From: Chiloscyllium plagiosum
Taxonomy: Eukaryota
Assembly: GCF_004010195.1 (NCBI RefSeq)
Contig: NC_057718.1
Coordinates: 68,079,872-68,143,871, forward strand
Length of the DNA stretch: 64,000 nt
Direction: 5' to 3'
Under the pieces are notes generated by a model. That model did no database searches. It had not been told where the DNA came from and worked only from the letters and a program-made list of their open reading frames with translations. This document shows, in pieces, positions 52,363 to 61,672 of the stretch (within the stretch, counting starts at the first letter, position 1; each line of letters opens with the position of its first letter). The translations under genes and the position numbers were made by a program.

Positions 52363-53968
52363 CCATGTCCTATTAATTAATATGAGAAAAGGAAAATTGG
52401 AGGGAGCAATTGATTGCTGGCGGTAATTTTCTTCCTTGTCATCTTCTTTAAAACATTGTTAGCTCTTACTAAGTTTAAATTCATGGTCAATACAAGCACT
52501 CTAATTACATGCTGAAGTGGCCATACTTGGTGTAAACTTGCTAGCAAGTTGTTGTGGGTAAATCATCATTAGCTATCTTTAGTTTGGCTACTTATTGGGA
52601 AATGTCACAGTCAAATACTAGAACAATTATTTAAACTTCATTGCATGTAGCAACCAAGATAAGACTCCTCAAATAAGAAAGTTAAACCTCAAAACTCAAC
52701 TTGGCTATTATCCAATTAATGGTGAAATTTAGCTACGATTCCACCCAACTATATCTGTCTCTGGATGTCCAGGCTTTGATCTTTGTGTAGTGTTATTCTT
52801 CCAAGTTCTGCCCTTGAGGAATTCTGGAGTTGAATTCTTATGCAATGTTCCATCCTTCAAGTTTGTGGTGTGACGTTATTAATGATTCTTTCAACCACAA
52901 TATGGACTACTCCTCTGGAACCATTAAGTCTGCAGCTTGCTTCTTATCAGAAGTAGCATCCATGTTCCTTGTTACATTTGGCATTGACTCGTCCGTTTGA
53001 AGACACAGCTTTCCTGTGCTTCAATCCTTAAATTCTTATGCAGGGCAATTGCTTGTCCTTGTGGCATAAGGTAGCCATTTATCAAGCAGTTGTTAAAACA
53101 GCTTTGTTCATATAGCATCACCTCATCCTTTTCCCAGATATGACTAATTGCTTTCAGTTCTTGTATAAGTTTGTCCTTGTCCCTTAACAATTTATTTCTG
53201 ACAGAGTTATTGCTGCTTCTTTCAAACTATGAACAGTTATTAAAGTTCTGAAGTTTACAGTATCACAAAGTCCATTTTGTCACCTTATTCTACAAGCACT
53301 CGTTCATTTTTACTTGGTTTCTGTATCCTGATCAGGTCGACGCAGGTAAGTTAGACCAAAGAATCTGTTTCCATGCCGTGTAACTCAGTCAGTTGTAGAA
53401 TCCCTGTTGCCGCCTGACAGAATGAATTGCAACAATACACTGTCTATTGTTTACCGACAGGTGATATCATACGAATGTCAATGTATTGAATTGGGGGATG
53501 TCTCACAGCAAGATTAATTAGATGGAAGGGGTTTTTATATCAACATATTGTCTCTAATTGACCGTTGATCGATACAGATTAACTGCTGGCCTCATGACAG
53601 TCAAATCCTGAAACTGAAACAGAGAGTTCATTTTGAGTAAATTATCCTCTCAGTGTGATAGCTGATTATGTTGTCTGAAGCATGTGAGCATGCTTTCCTA
53701 TGTTTACTTTGGTGATTACATTGACACATCTGGAAAAAGCTTTATTCCGTTGAGTATTTCTTCCATTAGGTTTTGCTGCAGTGTGGAATTAATTATATGT
53801 TTAGTATCAATAAGGAGTAATAGTAAATAATAAAATTCAAAATATTTTAATATGTGTGTCATAGATTCCTTCATTTGTTTGCTCGCTCACAGTACATCCC
53901 CATTCAAATCAATTAATAGGTTCACAAATGCCATTTAAAATATAAAACTAAGACTTCTGTTTTTATAG

Positions 53969-54101
53969 CAGGTTCAGGTTCCTTGCAAGGACCGCAGACA
54001 CCTCAGTCCACAAGCAGCTCATTGGCAGAAAGTGGAGATTTGAAACCGCCAACCCCTGTCTCAACACCGCTTGGACAAATGACACCTATTCAGGGTAACA
54101 G
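53969..54101 (+). CDS. ARID1B: ARID1B exon F (133 bp, phase 1 to 2)
   Basis: Acceptor ttttatAG|CAG (NAGNAG) and donor CAG|GTATGA. Encodes [44 protein letters not shown](R/S). Confidence 0.93.
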
Positions 54102-54584
54102 GTATGAGAAAGCATTACATCAAAACTTTTACTGTGCATATTACTTAATAGGAAATTGATTATTTTGCCAAAACAGAAAAAGTGGAACCTTTATTATAAG
54201 CATTAAGCTGATCTTTAGAGATGTGATGTCAAACTGATCACTAATTTGAGCTACTAATACCATGAGCTAGACAGCCTTTCAGTAAGTTTTTTTCTATTTG
54301 TCCATTACGTGGACATTGCTGTCAAGAGTAGAATCTTTTTTCTCACCCCTTATGGTCCTGAGGTGACTGCAAACCAACAAGTTTGAGCAATGTCAATGCT
54401 ATTAAGAGGGAGCTTCAGGATTTTGACCTAACGACAGTAATGGATCAGTTACATATTTCCAAGCCAAGATGGTGTGTGCATCGGTGGAGAACTTGTAACT
54501 GATGTTAACATGTTCCTGCTGTCGAAGGAGACCTTGGTGAGTTGCTGCTTACATCTTGTTAATAACTCACACTGTAGTCAATAA

Positions 54585-54887
54585 TATGGTGGCTCAGTCA
54601 GTAGCACTGCTGCTTCACCACCAGGGATCTTGGTTCGATTCCAGCCTTAGGGTGACTGTCTGTATGGAGTTTGCATATTCTCTCCATGTCTGCGTAGATT
54701 TCCTCCAGGTTGTCCAGTTTCCTCCCACAGTCCAAAGATGTGGAGATTCGGTGGATTGGCCATGCTAAACTGCCCGTAGTGTCCAGGGATGTGCAGGCTA
54801 GATAGGTTCGCCATGGGAAATGCAGGGTTATGGGTTTGGTGTAGGCTGAATGGCCTGTGCCTACAGTGTGGGGATTCTATGATTCTA
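54585..54887 (+). mobile_element. HE1-type SINE
   Basis: TGGTGGCTCAGT head, GGTTCGATTCCAGCC B-box and GATTCTATGATTCTA tail. Confidence 0.85.
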
Positions 54888-55339
54888 AAGTAAAAGGTGT
54901 GAATATTGAAGGCATTGAGTGATTGGCAATCAATTGGATACAGAAAAACAAAATAGAAATTACTGGAAAAACTTAGCAGGTCTGGCAGCTAAGAAAAATC
55001 AGGGTTAGCATTCTGGGTCCAGTAACCTTTGTTCAGGACAGGATTTTTTTTGTTTAGTCAGCTGGAATGCTTTGTTCTAGGTGATATGGAGCCTTTGAGT
55101 GTCGTGGGGCTGCACTCATCTGGGTACTCATCGCAGTCCTCACTTGAGCTTTGTAGATTTCCCAATAGGTGTTGGGGAACCAAGAGTTCCTTCGATTCTT
55201 TCGTGAGGATTGCCATTACCTATCATATGTTAGGGGCGTGGTGAGAGAGAACTACTGAGCTCCTTCTTCCCTTCTGTCTATAGTTGGAGGTGTGACTGAC
55301 AAGATACCAGTTGATTGCAATGGTTCACAGATGAAATGA

Positions 55340-55800
55340 CATGTCAGACAGAGAAGTGGCAGATGGAATTAATAAAGATAAATATGAGGTGATGCATTTT
55401 GGCAAAAGCAATAAGGACAGACAATATATATTAAATAGCAATTCTAAGGAATGTACAGAGACAAAGGGAGCTGGAAAGTTCATGTGCAGAGATCTTTGAA
55501 GGTATCAGAATATAGTAAGAACAGTTTGTAAAGCATATGGGATTTTGCATTTCATTACTAGAAGTATTGAGTATAGAAGCATAAAATTTATCCTGAAACA
55601 CTGTAGAACTCTGCTTAGGACAGCTAGAGTATTAAATCTAGTTTTGATTCCTGCACTTGATGGATTTCAGGGTCCTTGATTCAATGCAAAGAAGATATAT
55701 CAGAATAGGTCCAGGGATGAGGAATTTTAGCCACAAAGCTAGGCTGAAAAAGCTGGGATTATTTGGGTTATTCTTCTTGGAACAATGGAGATTTGAGGGA
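55340..55800 (+). mobile_element. Old CR1 RT C-terminal fragment
   Basis: WQMELIKINMR / EVMHFGKSN-like decayed peptide. Confidence 0.65.
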
Positions 55801-56430
55801 ATGAAAATGAAATAAAGAACTGCAGATGCTAGAAATCTGAAACAAAAACAAATTTGCTGGAGAAAGTCAGAACGTCTGGCAGTGTCTGAGGAGAAAGCAG
55901 AGTTAACATTCAGTGTACCTCTGTCTCAGAACTCAATGTCTACCTATCCACTCAATCCTTTACTCTTCCTTTGTCCTCAAGATAAATATCGCTTTTTCCT
56001 AGATGCTGTCCGTTCTAAAGAAGGATGACTGCCTTGAAACATTCACTCTGTTTTTACAACCAGGTGAAGAGAGGTGATTGTGCCCTCTCCTGGTTAGTTG
56101 CTACTTTCTTTTTGCAGCTACCAGACCTCAATTCAACTTATCAAAAATGGAGAGCCAATTCCAAGATTTACTAGAGTGACTATGGCATTTTATTATAACA
56201 AGAAAATGCACCAAAAATAAACACTTTAATGTAGGTAAGCTTTAAAAAAAAGACAGAGATAAGGAGGCTGCCTATACTGACAGTAAGGTATAGACAATTT
56301 AAAGTATATAGATTCCTGGAGTTGCAAGGATGAAACCAGAGTCCCAACTATTCTACTGTTGTCCTTGTTCCTTAGGAGTAATGAAACTTGAAAGAGCCTT
56401 GATTTCTCAATGAGTAGTGGTTTTTCCAAG

Positions 56431-57289
56431 GAGAAAGTGAGGTCTGCAGATGCTGGAGATCAGAGCTGAAAATGTGTTGCTGGAAAAGCGCAGCAGGTCA
56501 GGCAGCATCCAGGGAACAGGAGAATTGACGTTTCAGGAATGAGGATGCCCTCCACCGCATCTCTTCCACTTCCCGCTCCTCCGCCCTTGAGCCCCGCCCC
56601 TCCAACCGCCACCAGGACAGAACCCCACTGGTCCTCACCTACCACCCCACCAATCTCCATGTACAGCGCATCATCCGCCGTCATTTCCGCCACCTCCAAA
56701 CGGACCCCAGCACCAAGGATATATTTCCCTCCCCTCCCCTATCAGCTTTCCGTAGAGACCACTCCCTCCGCGACTCCCCTACCAGATCCACACCCCCCAC
56801 CGACCCAACCACCACTCCCGGCACCTTCCCTTGCAACCGCAGGAGGTGCAACACTTGCGCCCACACCTCCCCCCTCACTTCTCTCCAAGGCCCCAAAGGA
56901 AAATTCCATATCCGCCACAGATTCACCTGCACCTCCACCCACATCATCTACTGCATCCGCTGCAGCCGGTGTGGCCTCCTCTATATTGGGGAGACAGGCC
57001 ACTTGTCTCAGTCAAATTCATCGAATTCAGCACCGCCTTCCTAACCTGCAATCTTCTTCCTGACCTCTTCGCCCCCCCCCCAGTCTGACCTATCACCCTC
57101 ACCTTGACCTCTTTCCACCTATCACATTTCTGACGCCCCTCCCCCAGGTCCCTCCTCCCTACCTTTTATCTTAGCCTGCTGGACAAACTTTCCTCATTCC
57201 TGAAGAAGGGTTTATGCCCGAAACGTCGATTCTTCTGTTCCTTGGATGCTGCCTGACCTGCTGCGCTTTTCCAGCAACACATTTTCAGC
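56431..57289 (+). mobile_element. Young Penelope-like (Neptune-type) insertion with inverted pLTR head and perfect 15-bp TSD
   Basis: TSD AGTGGTTTTTCCAAG at 56416-56430 and 57290-57304. Peptide PGTFPCNRRRCNTCAH...FTCTSTHIIYCIRCSRCGLLYIGETG (GIY-YIG). 56431-56545 is the inverted copy of the 3' pLTR. CpGs are retained. Confidence 0.93.
57196..57231 (+). ncRNA. Minimal type I hammerhead ribozyme motif in the Penelope pLTR (core intact)
   Basis: CUGAAGA (57200-57206), an extra A, stem II GGGU-UUAU-GCCC, GAAAC (57220-57224) and GUC (57225-57227). Palindromic ACGU stem III; short imperfect stem I AUUC/GAUU. Confidence 0.7.
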
Positions 57290-58914
57290 AGTGGTTTTTC
57301 CAAGTTTCCTTTTCATCAGTCATTGACTTTTGATGTTGAGGGAAAGGCAGAGACGGACAGGAAGAAAGGCTTTCACTCTTGCTTATAAAGCATCTTTTCT
57401 GCTCAGAAGCAGCTATTGATGAAGATCCATTCGTACATTAATAAGTTTGTTCATAGAATCCCTCCAGTGCAGAAACAGGCCATTCAGCACCACAATCAGT
57501 AACTACATGGCTCACCGTCAGATCATTTAAATCACCAATTAAATAGTACTTTGTTCTGATTAAGAGTCATTAGACTAGAAACATTAACTCTGCTTACTCC
57601 CCACAGACGCTGTCAGACTTGCTGAGTTTTGCTAACACTTTCTGTTTTTTTGTTTCACATCTCCAGTATCAGCAGTTATTTGTTTTTAGCTTTAAGAATC
57701 TTACACGTTTCGGTTAGCACATTCCCTATTCTTCTAAATTACAGTCAATAGAGTCCCAAACTGCTTAGCCTTTGCTCACAAGACAATGTGTCCAAACAAC
57801 AAATCATCCTGGTGAACCTTCTCTAAACTGCCTCCAATGAAATTATATCTGTCCTTTAAAAAGAGGACCAAAGCCACTCTCAGTACTCCTAATGTAGCCT
57901 CACCAGCATTTTATGCAATTACAGCAAGACGTCCCCACTATATACTCCAACTTCCTTGAAATAACAGCCAGCATTCCATTAACCAACTTGATTATCTGCT
58001 GCACTTGTGTGCTGGTTTACCATGCTAGCTGCACAAGTACCCGCCAAGTTCCTTTGATTTGTTGCTCTCTGCAGTTTTTCTCTATTTACATAGGTTTTTT
58101 TGTTCTGTCTTGTTGAAATAACTACACAGAGGCTGGTATACCGCCACCAAGTCACCCTTTATTTACTCGTGCATAGTACACCAGCTGTGGTCAGCCTCTG
58201 AAGCGAAGAGGTTCTGAATCTCCAGTTTATGTATTTTTTAAATTTTATTAACCAGTATAAATTACAAATGAACAGTTAATAATGAACAGCAGTTTACAAG
58301 AAACAGCAATTTACAGAGGAAAGGGGTGGCAAAGCCAGACCCCCAAACCCCAGCGTAAAACCAGTTCATAAGGAAAAGAGGGCAAACCTCGAATCTCAAT
58401 CCCCTGTTTATTTTTTTTTTCTTTGGGAGTGCTTATTTTTTTCCCCAGCATCCATATTGTGCTTGCGCAGGAGTGAGACACAGTGAAAGACACAAGGTGC
58501 ACGTATCTTAATTCAAATTTCCACCACCAGGAAGAAAAGAAACACCCGAGTGGCCAGTGACAAGCACTGCCCTTCACATCAAAGGGCAATGCTGTGTGAT
58601 CAAACAGTGAAGGGGAGGGCAGGGGCTAAATCAAAATAGAGTTGGAGGGGGAAATAATGCACTCCACTCCCTGCGGCGCCCACCTCTCCCTGAACAACTC
58701 CAGGGTGTCAGTGAATTCCCTGTTTATATTTTTTTTAATTTTTTTTTGTCCCCTCCCTGACAAAAAAAAATGGAGAATCCTGCACACTGATTCAGCTCCC
58801 TGAAAGCCAGCTCTGAGTGAACAGAGCCTCTGACAGCCCGTTTTTTTTTGTGTGGGGAAGCTGGTCCAGGGACAGTCCCCTTCCCCTCAGACACAGTCAA
58901 GGAGGAGAGTCCTT

Positions 58915-58936
58915 ACACACACACACACACACACAC
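58915..58936. repeat. (AC)n microsatellite
   Basis: About 11 AC units read directly. Confidence 0.9.
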
Positions 58937-61638
58937 TGGTCCAGCTCCCTCCAGAGCCAGCTCTCAGAGTGAACAGGGTATCTGGCACTCCAGTTCTTTT
59001 TTTTTCTTTCCTTTTTTTTAAAAATCCCCCACACTACCACCTAAATGCAGTAGTACTTATTTTCCCCCAACACCCATGGTGTGTGTGTGCAGGTGAGAGA
59101 CACAAGGTGTACAAATCTTTATTCAGTTTCCACCACCAGGAAGAAAGGAAACACCCGAGTGGCCAGTGACAAGCAGTGCCCTTCACATCAAAGGGCAATG
59201 TCGTGAGATCAAACAGTGAAGGGGAGGGCAGGGATTCAATCAAATTAGAGTTGGAGGGGGAAATAATGCACTCCATTCCCTGCGGTGCCCACCTCTCCCT
59301 GAACAACTCCAGAGTGTTGGTGAATCCCCTGTTTATTTTTTTTTCCACCTCTCCCTAAACAACCCTAGGGTGTTGGTGGACACTGCGTGCTCTGTCTCCG
59401 GGGACACCCAGGCTTGCCTCCTGGTTTTTTTTTAAACTCCCACACTACCGCCTTACTGCGGTAGTACTTATTTTTTCCCCAGCACCCATGGTGTGTGTGC
59501 GCAGGTGTGAGACACAGTGAGAGACACAAGGTGCACGAATCTTTGTTTCCACCACCAGGAAGATAGGAAAACACCCAAGTGGCCAGTGACAAGCAGTGCC
59601 CTTCACATCAAAGAGCAATGCTGTGTGATCAAATCCCCTGTTTATTTTTTTTAATTTAACCCCCACACTACCGCCGACGTGCAGTAGTGCTTATTGTTCC
59701 CCAGCACCCATGGTGTGTGTGTGTGTGCAGGTGTGAGACACAAGGTGCACGAATCTTTATTCAATTTCCACCACCAGGAAGATAGGAAAACACCCGGGTG
59801 GCCAGTGACCAGCAGTGCCCTTCACATCAAAGGGCAATGCTGTGTGATCAAATCCCCTGTTTATTTTTTTTTCTCCCAGATCCCCGAGAATCTCCTGTTT
59901 AATTTTTTTCTATTTTTTTTCTGTTGTTTTTTTTTAATTTTTTTTATTTTAACCCCCACACTACCACCTAAGTGCGGTTGTGCTTATTTTTTCCCCCAGC
60001 ACCAATGGTGTGTGTGTGTGCAGGTGTGAGACACAGTGAAGGACACAAAGTGCACGAATCGTTATTCAATTTCTACTACCAGGAAGATAGGAAAACACCC
60101 GGGTGGCCAGTGACAAACACTGCCCTTAAATCCCCTGTTTATTTCTTTTTTCTTACAAAGTGCACGAATCGTTATTCAATTTCCACCACCAGGAAGATAG
60201 GAAAACACCCATGTGGCCAGTGACAAACACTGCCCTTCACATCAAAGGGCAGTGCTGTGTGATCAAAACAGTGAAGGGGAGGGTAGGGACTAAATCAAAA
60301 TAGAGTTGGAGGGAGATCCCCTGTTTATATTTTTTTTCTTTTTTTTCTTTTTTTTTCCATTTTTTTTATTAACCCCCACACTACCACCTAAGTGCGGTTG
60401 TGCTTATTTTTTCCCCCAGCACCAATGGTGTGTGTGTGTGCAGGTGTGAGACACAGTGAAAGACACAAAGTGCACNNNNNNNNNNNNNNNNNNNNNNNNN
60501 NNNNNNNNNNNNNNNNNNNNNNNNNNNNNNNNNNNNNNNNNNNNNNNNNNNNNNNNNNNNNNNNNNNNNNNNNNNNNNNNNNNNNNNNNNNNNNNNNNNN
60601 NNNNNNNNNNNNNNNNNNNNNNNNNNNNNNNNNNNNNNNNNNNNNNNNNNNNNNNNNNNNNNNNNNNNNNNNNNNNNNNNNNNNNNNNNNNNNNNNNNNN
60701 NNNNNNNNNNNNNNNNNNNNNNNNNNNNNNNNNNNNNNNNNNNNNNNNNNNNNNNNNNNNNNNNNNNNNNNNNNNNNNNNNNNNNNNNNNNNNNNNNNNN
60801 NNNNNNNNNNNNNNNNNNNNNNNNNNNNNNNNNNNNNNNNNNNNNNNNNNNNNNNNNNNNNNNNNNNNNNNNNNNNNNNNNNNNNNNNNNNNNNNNNNNN
60901 NNNNNNNNNNNNNNNNNNNNNNNNNNNNNNNNNNNNNNNNNNNNNNNNNNNNNNNNNNNNNNNNNNNNNNNNNNNNNNNNNNNNNNNNNNNNNNNNNNNN
61001 NNNNNNNNNNNNNNNNNNNNNNNNNNNNNNNNNNNNNNNNNNNNNNNNNNNNNNNNNNNNNNNNNNNNNNNNNNNNNNNNNNNNNNNNNNNNNNNNNNNN
61101 NNNNNNNNNNNNNNNNNNNNNNNNNNNNNNNNNNNNNNNNNNNNNNNNNNNNNNNNNNNNNNNNNNNNNNNNNNNNNNNNNNNNNNNNNNNNNNNNNNNN
61201 NNNNNNNNNNNNNNNNNNNNNNNNNNNNNNNNNNNNNNNNNNNNNNNNNNNNNNNNNNNNNNNNNNNNNNNNNNNNNNNNNNNNNNNNNNNNNNNNNNNN
61301 NNNNNNNNNNNNNNNNNNNNNNNNNNNNNNNNNNNNNNNNNNNNNNNNNNNNNNNNNNNNNNNNNNNNNNNNNNNNNNNNNNNNTTTTTAACCCCCACAC
61401 TACCACCTAAGTGCGGTAGTGCTTATTTTGTCCCCAGCACCCATGGTGTGTGTGTGCAGGTGTGAGACACGGTGAAAGACACAAGGTGCACGAATCTTTA
61501 TTCAATTTCCACCATCAGGAAGATAGGAATAACACCCGGGTGGCCAGTGACAAACACTGCCCTTCACATCAACGGACAGTGCTGTGTGATCAAAACAGTG
61601 AGGGGGAGGGTAGAGATCCCCTGTTTATTTTTTTTTTT

Positions 61639-61672
61639 ACCGAGCTAGTACTTTAACCAACTAAGCCAGAAC
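61639..61672 (-). pseudogene. Polyadenylated tRNA-Thr-like 5' fragment (or tRNA-derived SINE head)
   Basis: Minus strand GTTCTGGCTTAGTTGGTTAAAGTACTAGCTCGGT followed by an A tract. TGGCTTAGTTGGTTAAAG (61668 to 61651) equals the recalled D-arm of vertebrate tRNA-Thr. Confidence 0.6.

Larger units (their letters stand above)
58231..61672 (-). mobile_element. Head-to-tail array of 5'-truncated polyadenylated Tx1-like LINE 3' ends at a single target motif
   Basis: Minus-strand ORF end AWVSPETEHAVSTNTL(G/E)LFRERWAPQGVECIISPSNSILI* (stop at 58628-58626), then a ~250-bp 3' UTR and poly(A). Each unit is bounded by (A)ATCCCCTGTTTAT or a close variant. Confidence 0.78.

Noticed and set aside
54095..54100. 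Alternative donor CAGG|GTAACA in exon F
   Set aside because: It lies 7 nt upstream of the 54101 donor and would shift the frame. The 133-bp exon fits the expected phase 2.
56539..57063. 174-aa Pro/Thr-rich ORF resembling a mucin or extensin
   Set aside because: Off-frame translation of the C-rich Penelope endonuclease region.
60381..61465. ORFs of 311-357 aa
   Set aside because: Almost entirely N.
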